Under the pieces are notes generated by a model that was given only the letters and a program-made list of their open reading frames with translations, was not told the DNA's origin and ran no database searches. The translations under genes and the position numbers were made by a program. A stretch of DNA of 63,017 nt, filler included, from Klebsormidium nitens (lineage: Eukaryota; Plantae; Klebsormidiophyceae), in the NCBI GenBank assembly GCA_000708835.1. It is 8 parts of 8 records of this genome, joined end to end, with 100 filler letters (N's around TTAATTAATTAA, not from the genome) between each part and the next. Parts side by side here need not be neighbours in the genome. Positions count along the whole stretch, not along the records: positions 22,268 to 25,459 come from DF237541.1; positions 25,560 to 54,717 come from DF237790.1; 6 more parts are not named here. One strand, written 5' to 3'. Each line of letters starts with the position of its first letter. Position 1 is the stretch's first letter. This document shows positions 24,798 to 37,086 of this stretch, one piece after another.

Positions 24798-25459
24798 GGT
24801 CCACACCTTGCAGATGGCTCCTAACCCGGTTTTCAATAAAACTACTTGCAACGTGTGGTCCACCAGGCTAGCCTACTGCTCGCCATATGCTTCTGGGTGG
24901 CCGGGATGGCCGGCCCGACTTACGAACGTGTTGGACCACACCTTGCATACGGCTCTTCCTAGCAAAGAGCGGAATTCCTAATAACTATTGACAACGTGTG
25001 GTCCAACCCCAAAATGCTTCGTCACATGCTTCTGAATGGCCCGGATGGCCGGTCTGACTTGCAAACGGGTTGGACCACACCTTGCATATGGCAAAGAGCA
25101 AGATTTCTAATAACTATTGACAACGTGTGGTCCACCAGGACCGAAAGTGCTTGCCATATGCTACAAAAGGGCCCGGATGGCCGGCCTGACTTACGAACGT
25201 GCTGGACCACACCTTGCATACGGCTCTTCCTAGCAAAGAGCGCAATTCCTAATAACTATTGACAATGTGTGGTCCACCAGGACCGAAACTCCTTGCCACA
25301 TGCTTTTGAATGGCCGGGATGGTCGGCCTACTTCATGTGTCGCTGGACCACACCTTGTATAAAGCTGGGCCGCCTGGCAAAGAGCTAAATCTACACGAAT
25401 CTTTAACGTCGTGTGGTTCAAAGGGACCGACCCAAGACTGCTTGCCATATGCTTCCGAT
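24798..25459. repeat. Tandem array, ~135-bp unit, about 5 copies, each with an inverted GGACCACAC/GTGTGGTCC pair
   Basis: GG(A/T)CCACACC at 24798, 24933, 25072, 25204, 25345; GTGTGGTCC roughly 50-55 bp downstream of each. Confidence 0.9.
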
Positions 25460-25568
25460 NNNNNNNNNNNNNNNNNNNNNNNNNNNNNNNNNNNNNNNNN
25501 NNNTTAATTAATTAANNNNNNNNNNNNNNNNNNNNNNNNNNNNNNNNNNNNNNNNNNNNATTCTAACA

Positions 25569-25580
25569 GGTTATGGGCCC
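25569..25580 (+). promoter_or_regulatory. Primer-binding site, copia half-tRNA-iMet type
   Basis: GGTTATGGGCCC directly after the LTR-terminal CA; this PBS type is established for Drosophila copia-like elements. Confidence 0.8.
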
Positions 25581-25757
25581 ACACCACGTAAGAGCGCAAG
25601 AAATCGCATGTAGCAATGGCAGAGAAAAGTGTCCTGGAGAGCGTGCAGAGCGTGAAGGAAGTCTAAAGAGCGTGAAGAGAGTGTGAAGAGAAGAGAGGAG
25701 CGTCAGGGGAGAGCGTGAAGAAGTTTGTTCAAGAGAGAGAACAGCAGGTCTGCCAAG

Positions 25758-26606
25758 ATGGCTGACGAAGGTGTTAGGATCAAGATAGATCTTCTTGATG
25801 TGGAGAACTACTTGCCATGGAGCCAGAAAATGAAGTTTCTGCTGATCTCGAAGGACCTTTGGGAAGGAGTTGAAGATTCTGCGTCACATGCTGCAAAGTC
25901 TAGGAGGGCCTTGGCGATCATTGGACTTCACGTGAAAGATCATCATCTCGGAACCATTGCGGCATGTAAGACTGCAGAAGAAGCTTGGGACCTTCTAGAA
26001 AAGACGTACAAGAGCAAAACAAATGCTCGGAAGTTGCAGTTGAGAAAAGAGATGAGTGCTCTCAAGATGGAGCCTAACGAGCCTGTTGCCACCTATGTTG
26101 CTCGCGCTCAGGATATGTACAGAGACTTGGTGGCTACTGGCTTTCAGATGACCTCAGAGGAGTTGGCCTGGAACGTGCTTGCCGGACTGCCAGTCACCTT
26201 TGATACTCTGGTGACGGTTCTGGAGACTCAAGAGGAAGAGTTACAGGTGGAGAAAATTCTTCCAAAGCTTATGGTGCATGAGCAGAAACAAGTGACGCGG
26301 GAAGACGAGGCTCTTGATAAGGAGCGCAATCCGCTGGCGTTCTCAGCACGAAATGCAGGCTTTGGCAAGGGAAACTTCCAGAAGCAAGGGAAATTTGGAC
26401 AAAAGCAAGAGCAGTCTCGTGGACATCAAGTAACGTGCTTTGAATGCGGACAGGAGGGACACGTAGCAAAGTTTTGTGAGCAAAGGAAAGCGCGTGAAGA
26501 AGCGAGACAATGTTACAGGTGTGGCAAAAAGGGGCATATTGCACGAAATTGTCCAGGTGACTCTAGGGAAGAGGTTGCGAGGGCTATGTCTGTGATGCAC
26601 TTCTGA
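25758..26606 (+). CDS. gag: Copia Gag with two CCHC zinc knuckles
   Basis: LDVENYLPWSQKMKFLLISKDLW, AEEAWDLLEKTY, LKMEPNEPVATYVARA, VLAGLP..FD, CFECGQEGHVAKFC, CYRCGKKGHIARNC. Confidence 0.92.
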   Translation: MADEGVRIKIDLLDVENYLPWSQKMKFLLISKDLWEGVEDSASHAAKSRRALAIIGLHVKDHHLGTIAACKTAEEAWDLLEKTYKSKTNARKLQLRKEMSALKMEPNEPVATYVARAQDMYRDLVATGFQMTSEELAWNVLAGLPVTFDTLVTVLETQEEELQVEKILPKLMVHEQKQVTREDEALDKERNPLAFSARNAGFGKGNFQKQGKFGQKQEQSRGHQVTCFECGQEGHVAKFCEQRKAREEARQCYRCGKKGHIARNCPGDSREEVARAMSVMHF

Positions 26607-26969
26607 AGGAAAGAGTGTGATGGGAATGGCGCAATGGAAGAGAGATAAAGAGAGAGATCCGAAGAGCGAGGAAGAGGGAGATGATGAGAAGAGCGAGATG
26701 AAGAGCGAGGAAGAGGGAGATGATGAGAAGAGCGAGATGAAGAGAGGGGATGTGAAGAGAGTTGAAGAGCGGGGATGTGAAGAGAGAGTCGAAGAGAGGA
26801 GTGAAGAGCGAGGAGGAAGAGAGAGTTGAAGAGCGGAGTGAAGAGCGAGGAGGAAGAGAGAGCGGGGAGAGCATAAAGAGAGTGAAGATGGAAGCAGAGC
26901 AATAGAGAACTATTGGGATAGTTTGTTGGAGATGAGTAGCCATTATAGAGTTATTCAATTGAGAGGGAG

Positions 26970-27290
26970 TGTTAGGATCCGGTTAGGATTTGGTCAATCA
27001 AATAACTCTAAGGTTAGTGAATCGACGGCTAGGATTTGATTGGGAGAAGCTGACTGTGCAAGGAAAGCTGACTGCGCTAGGAAAGCTAGGAAAGCTGGCT
27101 GTGCAAGGAAAGCTGACTAGGCTCAGTCTGTAGAGTGAAGTTAGACTATAGACTTGAGGAGGAGGAACTTGATCGATAACATAATCAGAGAAGCATGAAG
27201 TAGAGAAGAAGGCGCCTTTGAGAGGCGCTCGTGCCACTGTGCTGTTTGCTACATGTGATTGTCTGCCAGATGCATTGATACATTCTAACA
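26970..27290 (+). repeat. 3' LTR (321 bp) of the gag-only Copia element
   Basis: Starts TGTTAG right after the PPT and ends CTAACA (perfect 6-bp terminal inverted repeat). Confidence 0.85.
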
Positions 27291-27356
27291 GCATGACCGC
27301 GGTTGTCATCGGTGAGCGTACGCAAGTTGTATCTAAATTGTATGATGCTTGTTGTC

Positions 27357-27736
27357 GGCCCCGGAACATGGAATACTTGACCCCCCGTATTTTGTATTCC
27401 AAGGTTTCAAAAAGGCAGTATTCCGTATTCCAAGTTGCTCGGGTATTCTGTATTCCGTTTCGCAAATGTGTTTTTTGACACTTTGAAAGGAACGTAAGGA
27501 GTGCGCTTGTCATGTGAGTTCTTTTACAATCTTCTTTCGTTCAAAGGATGCTTTTGGATGTCTTTTTACTTCGAGGTCAGATATGTTGATGTTGTTTGCC
27601 ACATGTTGTGTACCGGTAGTATGCTCGGAGCCCTGTATTCTGTATTCTAGTATTCCAAGGCCCAAATTCGGGTATTCCGGATTCTTTCGCTTCCAAAATA
27701 GGTATTCCGTATTCCAATATTCCATGTTCCGGGGCC
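27357..27736. mobile_element. 380-bp MITE with subterminal GTATTCC repeats
   Basis: 19-bp perfect TIR GGCCCCGGAACATGGAATA. Many GTATTC(C/T) units inside both ends. Flanks GCTTGTTGTC / TATTGTTGGC match at only 7/10, so the TSD is uncertain. Confidence 0.75.
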
Positions 27737-28725
27737 TATTGTTGGCTTGGGGTGGTATGGGACACTCCCCTGCATGATACTTCTCGGTAGTATTAGGCTT
27801 GCCAGGCCAACTCCACGCGACCTCCACGCTATTATTCCGCTGCCTGCTCTCGTGACATAGCGTGCCAGTAGCTTATGAGACTTTCTGGGTTACACAGTGG
27901 CAATTATCTCGCGTTAGCATAACTCTGGTACCATACGATAGCGGGTTGTTAGCAGAGCCGCTGCAGAGGGTCTCGGGTTTGCCTGCTCAGTGCTAGTGGT
28001 CTCGGCGTGTCGGTGGTCTCTCTAGTGCCGTACACCACGTGCCATCGAGCTTCGAAAGCCGTCGAAAAACGCAGTCGATCGATTTCATACCGGAACAGTG
28101 CCAAAAGTACCGTTCGCTGGATAAAATCCGCTTAACAGAGTGACCCATCCCACAACCAAATGAAAATGGCCTCCCTAATTATCCCCGGCTGCTCGCTGAT
28201 GCATTGGGTTTGTTTCTGGATTTTCTTGACCGGACAAATGCTGAGAACAGTGGCGGAATGGCCAGTCAACGGTGTAGATTGACCGGAAGATGAATCGACG
28301 GCCTTCGGTCGTCGAAGTCAAATGTCGACGAGCCTACGTGGCGGGCCGGTAAAGGTTTAGCCAATAGGATCACGAATAAAATAGCCTTACCGCGAAATTG
28401 ACATGCCAATACAGGGAGGCAACCAGCCGGGTAAAATTAGCGAGAGCTCGTTTTTTACAAAATAAAAAAACCGAGCTGAAAAGAAAAAAGTAGCAAACCC
28501 TGGACGTATACCGTATTCTCTCGCACTCCTGAGATACTATATTTAATACCCGCACTTATACAAGTTTTAGTCCAAGATACTAGCTGTTTAAGATCTGTAT
28601 ACCGGTATGCTTTATCTGCATTCGAGTCTGGTGTCTTCAGACTTCCGTTTGCTTCAGTGAGTGTGGCCCGAACGGCTGCTGGGGGAGAAGTGCGGGAGCT
28701 CGGCGGCACTGATCCCTTGCTGGCA

Positions 28726-31700
28726 ATGGCGGTATCCGCGAGACATCCCCGGTATCACCGATTCAAACAAGTAGTTGGCATATCCATCCTTTGCATTGCT
28801 GCAGCATTGCTCTCACTGCTATTGTGGCCAAGTTTGTGGAATAAGAATTCCATACTCTCAACAATATCAGCCAAAGCAGAGACAAAGAAAACACAGTTGC
28901 TGTCTAGTACTCCCGATACCTGCCCGGTAGCTCAATGTGCACCATGCTGCCTGGGTCGTGGCGGCATCAGGAAGCCACAAGCTAGCAATCATAACTCCGA
29001 GCATGGTCATCCTGTCGAAAGCACTTTACTTCCTCCCAACAAAGAGACAGTACCACCTTGGGTTTCAGTATTGCCAAGGAATTCGACATTTTTTGATGGA
29101 CAGATGAATGCTCCAAAGCGCAGGGATGTTTCCAGGATCTGTTTGATAAGCGAGCGCGTAAGCGGCAGCAATTGGCTAACATCAACCTTACAAAAAAATT
29201 TCCCACGTCAGGTCGCTACAAACTGTTTTACTTTCAAGCATTGGTTTCAATCTCCTCTGGATATTAGGGACAGATTGCAGGTGAGCTGCTTGCTGCATGG
29301 CAAGGATCATGAAGCCGTGCATATAATTTTGTGCCAGATGAGAAGCACTTGAAATGCATCTTTACGTATGAGAGTACTGAGCTCTGCTCATGTCATTATC
29401 AACAAATTTCTACCAGATCGCTTTTGTCTGACGTTGTATGTGCAAGCAAATGCCTCAAGATCAAAGAACGTTGTTTTCTAACAGCTTAGTGTCCCTTTTT
29501 CCCCTGTTGCATGCATACCCGATGCACCGGTGTCAAGACACTTTAAAGTGGTGCATCAATCTTGGACTTTTCCGATTTGGAGGGGCCCATAGAGGTCGAT
29601 TTTGAGACAGTCACATTTGGCGGAAGGGGTCTCAAATACAATTTCTGGTTCACTGCCTTGGATGTCCTTTGGGGGTGGTCATATGGAAGCTGGGTTTAGA
29701 ATGAAGTCGACCCGGGTGCAACCAATCATGATATGAGATCAAGTCAATTTGTTACATCAAATTCTTTGTTCTTCTGGGTGTCAATCACACTTTCTCTGTT
29801 TGATTTGGTCTATATAATGCAGAGATCTCCAAGACAAACAGGCAGCCCTTGAGTCAGTAAGCTTCTCAATGTTTGCAGGATGGCGACATCGTCATAGTCA
29901 ACTTCCGTAATGCACTCGACTGGATTCTACATCTATGGCGAAAGCCTTGGAACAGCAGTTCCCACCACAATCTGACGTTGGAGGAATTCATAACAAAACA
30001 GTGGATGGCCAACCCGCAAATCGGGTTTGGCGAAAATCAAAATACCGCACTTCACCCGGGAAGACATCTTTCTGTCACAGTTGAGGAAAATTACAGTGCC
30101 TTTCACGATCATTATGAGAAGTACAAACATATCTTTGGAGGCGATTTTCCTGAGGTAATTGCACTATCCTTCAAAATCAACGACAGTTAAGGTTTGCTGG
30201 TTGCTTTGCAATGCAAGAATTGGAGAATCGAGAATCGATTTTGCTGCATATACACACCGCCAGAGAACAATCTGTTCCATGAAAATACCTGGGATGACTG
30301 TTCTTCGGATAAATCTGGCATTAGAAGCTTGGGATGTTTTTTTGAATGGCTTTTTGCGATTGTGCGGGCAGCTTATCCCTTGGATTCATGTGCAGGGTCC
30401 AATCGACAATATCATGAAGCTTCGAGCCATGAAAGTGGATAATTTCGTTCGTATAAAAGATTGGATTTTGTCCGATCCCGCTTGGACCCCACGAGTATTG
30501 TTTGTCAGGTGAGTAGACACCACCGAACTTTCGCAAAAGAGACTGCCAATGGTTAAGATCCTTGTTTAGATTACGAGAACTTTAGCCCCTTGCTACTCAT
30601 TGCATGCCTAAAAACATACACGACCCGGGTGACCGGCGTGTATCTTTACAACGATCCAAAGGTTACGGTGCAGGATCTGTTTGTTTGCTTTTTCTGTCAT
30701 TAACAAAGCGTGGTCGTTGCCAGTTGTTGGAACCATTGGCCTGATCGATTTCTAGTAGCTCCGCGCCCTCATAGCCGCTATCATCATTCTTCTTTCTCAG
30801 TGAATATCTTTTAACCCTGTTGGTGCCTGTGTCTACTGCTTCTAAGTTTGTGCACCGGGCTTCAAAGCTTCTGAATACTCTCATACGGAAAGAGCGAATC
30901 TGTTAGTGAGGCATGCCAAGAAAGAATTGCATCCTGTGAAGTCAATTTCAGATTGAATGAACTACAATTAATGGAGAAATGTGTTAATTTATTGGACTCC
31001 AACTGATACCATTCCCGCTGTTCGGTTGGGCGGCAAATAGTCCAGGAGCTGCCCAAATAACTAGACTCAACAGTCAATCTCTGCCGGATCCTGCTAAAGA
31101 AAGAAAAGCTAGAATTCATTCTCGAAGGCCCATTTAGACCACAAAGAAGCAACAATAGCTGAATCTAGGGTTTGCTCGCATTTGCCAAAGATTATGCCAA
31201 GTTGGAGTGTGATTTACCCAAATCGCGTACTACATGCGCCAATTCTTTGGCAAAAATCCTTCAACTAGGATGACGCTGAATTGCAAGTCGTATGCCGAAC
31301 CGCTGTTAATTTCGGCAAAAAAAATAACTATTTGCACTGCCGAAACTAGCAGAGCGCGCAATAATGGTTTGATTATTGTCACTTCAGCAGGCAATCCTTC
31401 GGTTGCCAAAAAGTTTCATTATTGAGTAATCCGTGCTGAAGGTGCCAAAACTAAATACCGGTGATGTAGTACTCTTTTTTGAAGGGCTTTTTGAGAGGTT
31501 TCGATTCGATTCAGGATGATCTGCTTTCCATATTTCACACGCTCTCTATCTTGCAGTTTTGGAAGCCATGCAATGTAGCCATATTTTCAAGTTTGCAATG
31601 GCAACGTTGCTTGAAATGCCAAGAGCAGTTGTGTTTGTTCGTTGGAGATCGCACATCGTTAGAAAAAGTGGCGATTTCAGCTCATACTCAATGGTTCAAA

Positions 31701-32436
31701 TTCTAAACAAGTTCATCGTCAAGGTTCGTTGGGTGATCATTGATGTGATCCCCATTGCAGATACGAAGATCTTATAGCAATTGGTGGGCAAGGCATGGAG
31801 AACTTCATCAAGGGTTTGAAAACGTCCTATAATTTTGTCAATGAAAAGGAAGAAGATGTTATCCTGAACACATATAAAGGAAAAGGTAACCAGGCTATAA
31901 ACATGACCGAATTCGAAGCACGAGAGGTGAGACCTTACTCGAGTCTCCGAATGGCGTTCGACTCTGGGTTTTTGGTTTTTGGGTGGTCCATCCGCTTCTG
32001 GTATTGCCCGTTGGCTTCTATATTTCACCCTCAAATCACATTCATTTCCTTAGAAGCCTCAATTTTGACCTAACATTGCCATACATATCGAATGTAGTCA
32101 ATTTGGTGTCTACAAATGGCCATCATGCCTCTACAAATGGCCATCATACCTCTACACACTAAAGCAGAGCTACAATGATTCTTGTCAAGCAAGAACGATA
32201 CCCATTGCTGTTGAATCAATACTGTGCCATCCATTTTTTTTTGGGACCTTCCGAAAATAATTGTAGCTAAGATTCTGTCGACAAACACTATGATGCATTG
32301 TTCTGTGCAGCTTTATTACACAAAGAATCCGGAAAGCAGCATCATCACTCCGGAAGTTCAGAATATACTTTTAAGGCACCTAGACTTTGAGCAAGAAAAA
32401 AAGTTGGGCTATCATTACGAATTTCTAGGCCCTTGA
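28726..32436 (+). CDS. Type II membrane sulfotransferase-like protein; exons 28726-29280, 29879-30154, 30396-30508, 31761-31926, 32311-32436
   Basis: N-terminal TM (VVGISILCIAAALLSLLLW). 5'-PSB-like ISERVSGSNWL, FKHWF, 3'-PB-like IVNFRNALDW..LWRKP, NIMKLRAMKVDNF, spliced VR|YEDL and terminal LDFEQEKKLGY. All junctions are GT-AG and in frame. Confidence 0.8.
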
Positions 32437-34210
32437 GTAGTTCTGGGTTAGAAAGTATGGACCTGACCATTTTGTGGCACCCTAGGTACATTCATTTTGT
32501 ATTGTCTAAAACCGTCGTTCTAGGAAAGGATTTGATTGGCAGAGAACTAGCAGGACCGGGTTCTTGAGGGCGCGCACAACCCGTAGGGTCCGGCGCTTGC
32601 GACGGGAGGTTCTGCATGATCCTTCGCTCAATATTTCGTCGCTTTTGCCAGCTAGCATAAAAGCTGTACGGCCTGAACGGACGGTGGCACATGACGTCAA
32701 TCAAACGCATTAAAATCTTTGCCGTCCGATACAAGGAAAGTCCTTCAAAACTGGATCCGTACGGCTCGACTGACGCGTGTGAAAGTCCTGGAATATACGG
32801 TGATAATATATTGGGTATTCATATATTGATGAAAGTCACACATATGGCCGATAAGAGAAAGTAATATGGATCATCATTCATGCATACTGGCCAATGGCAA
32901 GCATATTGCTTGCATCCAACTTACAATTGGGACCTATAATCTAACCCAAACTTGGAGTCGTACTTCATCCCAAAAGCGCCCTTGACCTTGAACTAAACCC
33001 GTTTTTTCCAGGGATGATATATTGGAGTTGCAATATGGAAAATTGCTTGAGTAGAAACTAGACTGATACCATCTCGAACGCAATGATGAGATCGTCCACG
33101 ACGTATATGATCTTGCAATCCGAAGCCGCCTCTCTGCACACACGTAATTTCGGAATCATGTGGCCCAAAGTCAATCTGCCAGACCCGTCGGTACGAGTTC
33201 GGCCAATCAGAAGAAGGCACTTGGCCACAGACTGACATCGGAGGGCCAGCTCTGATTGGGCACTTGGTGATCGGTACCTGAGGAAATGACGAATTCCTGC
33301 AGCTCCGTTGGAGTACCGTCACTTTGAGGTGACAGCGGGGTAGGTATCTTAACAGGGGGGGGAGGGGCAGAGGTTTGGTATCTTGATCGAGGTCGGGGGG
33401 GGAGAGGGGCTTGAGGCCTCTGGCGGGGGCGCAACCCCCAGCTACTTTTTCTCAACTCAAATCATGCAAAACTCTCGTAACTATTTTGACCCAATTTGTA
33501 GCTTATGAGACCACATGCTTGAGGCCAGTTTTGACTGGCTAGGCCCTCCCGGGGGGGTGTTTGTGGCCCTCTGAGAAAGTGGCCTCAAGAATACGTACCC
33601 CGGTGCCACTTCAAAATGACGGTGCCCATACGGCCGATCCTGATATGGGGTCACTATTTTTGTCTGCAAATTGCGTTGTGTACACCGAGTTACATCTCCG
33701 CAGTAGTGAAGTTTTGGGCCGGCAAAATCTTTCTAAGACATTTACATCTTCATGGTGGCAATCTATCTTAACCATCGTGTCTAAATAGGTAGCTAAATTG
33801 GCTCATCGGTAACTCAGTGCGGAGGCGAAGTCAAATTCAAGGCTGCTTGGAGAATTTTGGACGATTCCAAAAACAGGTATGTTAGCATTGGTCGAGTTTT
33901 GAACACACTCAAAGACCAGATGATGCTTTCCCCTGATTGTTTTGGTTTTTCTAGGCACTTTTGGCGCATAGTTGCCACCACATGCGGAATTGCTTGTATT
34001 ACTAGAATAAGCACATACACCGGGCTTCGAACTCAGTTGTACACCTTCTTACATGTAGTGCGTATGGTACAAAGTGCGCTGACCTTCATTTCCTCTAAGG
34101 ATGTCATGCAATGTAGGCTCGAAATTCGATTAGGAACGGTAAGGAGGCTTGTGAAACATGTGCATCGGCAGAAGCATTTGAACTACATGATGACATGCTG
34201 CATTGAGTGT

Positions 34211-35159
34211 GCCGTGCGGCCTTGCCTCCCTTGCCGGCTGGCATCGAAAACGGTCCCGTGGCCTAATAACACACAACTATCCCTACCACCAACGGCTATG
34301 TACGGCCTACTTGACCTCAAACTATCCATAGCATGATGAAAATGAAAATAATGACCCTAATCGACCAGGCCTCTTCATTTGATGGCGTGTTGGTTCCCTT
34401 GGGCGCATAACACCTTGGCAGTATGGAGAGGTCACAAGCGCTGAAGATCACCTCCCGCTCTCTCATGCAGCATGCACATCACCAATCATGCAATGCTCAT
34501 GGTAATCTTGACTTCTCTCTTGTCCTTGGCTTCGGCTCCGATCATGCGCAACATATGAGCACTAACAGCGCATCTCCCCGCACTCCTTTGAAAAGGACTC
34601 GGAGAAAACCCTCCGCCACAGGTCGCAATCCTGCTGTCAATCAGCTCGCTGCACTATGCAATGAACGCTAGCGCCCTATCCTCGGTGCGCCCTAGCTATG
34701 GAGACTTACCAAAGAGAAGTAAAGGGATCACCTTTCCTCGGCCCTATATGTGCGGCCGACACAAGTCCTAATCATGGGCTGCAATGTCGCACCATAGACT
34801 CGGCCAGTTATCTCGGCGGTTTACCACTAACCATGCACTAGTGGCCTGACTCTACCTGCGGCCGAGCGCCAGGCTTGCAAGCCGGCCGCGGCTCGCCCTA
34901 TCGATGCCATGTGGCACTTCTGCGCCACGTGTCACTATCTGGGCACTACCCGGCACGGATAGCTCTCGTCATGGCAGCTGCCGTCCGGCCTTCCCTCCCC
35001 TGCCGGCTGGCATTGAGAACGGCCCCGTGGCCTAGTCACACACTTCTATCCTTGCCGGCCGGCAATGGCAGGCTATGTACGGCCCACTCGACCTCAAACC
35101 ATCCATGGCATGATGAAAATGAACAAAACGACCCTACTATCGACCGGGCCTCTTCATTT
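34211..35159 (+). repeat. ~175-bp diverged direct repeat (34211-34380 and 34980-35159) upstream of H3-like copy 1
   Basis: Shared GCCGT.CGGCCTT.CCTCCC.TGCCGGCTGGCAT.GA.AACGG.CCCGTGGCCTA and GCATGATGAAAATGAA..GGCCTCTTCATTT. Confidence 0.85.
34409..34967 (+). repeat. Dispersed ~550-bp repeat, copy 2 (copy 1 at 16803-17352)
   Basis: See copy 1. Confidence 0.85.
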
Positions 35160-36390
35160 CCCCCCCACTCGCTGGTTGCGGTCCCCGCGGCCCAAGCGAG
35201 TCACACACGCTGCGGCTCCGCTTCTCAGCACATTGGGCAAAGTGCAGGAATTGGAGGCCATTCTGCAGAAAGGTGCAAAGCAAAACGACATGCCTGCCGA
35301 GGATGGAGCAGAACAGGAGGAGGTTAGTGGGGGGAATGGGACCATGAGGCCAAGAACCGGGGTTGATATGTTCGATCTGCTGGCAGCAATACTGCCGGAG
35401 CCCTTTTTGGTTGCAGAAAAGGAGGACAAAAAACCGAGTTCGCATTATTGTTTGGATCCCAGTGCATGCTCAATATGGTGGGCTCTCATCTTGAGTATGT
35501 TATGCACCAGTGGAGAAGAAGCGCAATGGGGTAAAGAGCGCAAACCTCAAGGCAGCGGCAAGCGGCAAGAGAAAGGCACCGGACACTCAGACTACGCAGG
35601 CTGGCAAAGGTACCGTTATCAGGTTCACCTCGTTCCGCGGTTTCTACGAGCTTTGGTTGTCATGAAGTGTTGGATATGGATCAAGTGCACGCTCTGCCTT
35701 ATGGGCTTTTGCCAAGCTGTGCTTCCATGTTTCAAGCATAATGCATCTAGTTAAATCACTGCTCATTGTTTGAACCATGTTTCGACAAGCTCTAAGCGTA
35801 AGGCGCCGGAAGGCGCTGCCTCTGGCAATACCCAACCAGAGAAGAAGACGCGTCGGTACAAGCCGGGAACCCTAGCTCTTAGGAAGATTCGCAAGTACCA
35901 GAAAAACACGGACCCGCTCATCCCGCGACTCTCGTTTGCTCGTCTCGTGCGCGAGCTATGCGATGCAGAGACTGCCCGGCGGCCTGGTACCGACACAAAC
36001 GGCAAGATTAGGTATGCACTCCCACCTGGCTTGGACTGCCTAAGTGTTGATACGGCATGAGCTGGAGCAAGTGGCTAGATCGATCAACGTCTCCAAGTAT
36101 GGACGTGAAATATTCAAAAGTGAACAAAAATGTTTTGTTTTTGAGAATCGTGCGGTTACGAAGCTGTCCCCTTTTATCATAGTGCTGATCCGAGTTGGCA
36201 AGCTTACGTTCAGGTGGCAGGTGTCGGCGTTGGACGCTCTGTTGGAGGCAAGTTAGGACTTTGTCGTAGGGCTGTTTGGTGACGCGATCTTCTGCCAGTC
36301 GCACGGCAAGCGGAAGACCCTCCAGAAAAAGGACCCGGACCTAGCGCGCAGGATCCGCGGAATTCGGAACGAAGACAACACTCTGCCCTT
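35110..36390 (+). pseudogene. Histone H3-like (CENH3-type fold) copy 1; fold exons ~35790-36011 and 36214-36390+; premature TAG at 36254; 3' end lost in gap
   Basis: [41 protein letters not shown]|WQVSALDALLEAS*DFVVGLFGDAIFCQSHGKRKTLQKKDPDLARRIRG. The 5' exon start (~35110) is approximate. Confidence 0.85.
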
Positions 36391-37086
36391 NNNNNNNNNN
36401 NNNNNNNNNNNNNNNNNNNNNNNNNNNNNNNNNNNNNNNNNNNNNNNNNNNNNNNNNNNNNNNNNNNNNNNNNNNNNNNNNNNNNNNNNNNNNNNATACC
36501 ATACTTTTAACAGTGACACACGCCAGCCAAATTGTACAGAATGCAAAATCAAAAAATAGATTAAATGACTTGCTTGGATAAGGTCACACGATCATGGTAC
36601 ATGTAAGCACGTCGACATGCATCGTATAGTGAACGTTTGACATATGATTGGCCTATGTTGGAATCTCTTGGAAACTCCCTCATTGCATTTCGGGCATTTC
36701 TGGGTAGGGTCTCAAAAGACAAGCGGTGCCTGGCACGTACTATTATCTATTGACGACGCCTTGCTACCCTACTTGCAACTACCATACAACCTCTAGCATG
36801 AACGAAGTTTGCTGCTTGCACCGAATGTACAGCTGCGCACAATCACAGATTCTATGCTTCTAGAACGTCTTTGGGATCTCGTGCGCTGTTATGCTCACTC
36901 CACAACAGCCCGTGCTTCAAGTGCGGTTAGAACAGACATACACTTTGCTTTCTATTTTACCGCTTGTGATCTATGGACGCAATCGCTATGTACAATTTCG
37001 CACCCTTCCTAAAGTTTGCAGACGGCTCTTGTTGCACGCACCAATCAAGCCACTTTCTTCTCTCCTCTTGCACCTTCCTTGCACGA

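Larger units (their letters stand above)
25560..27290 (+). mobile_element. Gag-only Ty1/Copia element (TR-GAG-like, non-autonomous)
   Basis: 5' LTR end ATTCTAACA, then PBS GGTTATGGGCCC, gag ORF, ~360-bp GA-rich spacer, PPT GAGAGGGAG and a 3' LTR ending in the same ATTCTAACA. No pol sequence between gag and PPT. Confidence 0.85.

Noticed and set aside
24798-25459. CRISPR array
   Set aside because: Whole units are homologous; there are no unique spacers.
32990-33200. Minus-strand IIYVVDDLIIA resembling a Copia RT YxDD motif
   Set aside because: The spacing is wrong (YVVDD), the frame has stops and no other RT motif is recognisable; at most a very old remnant.
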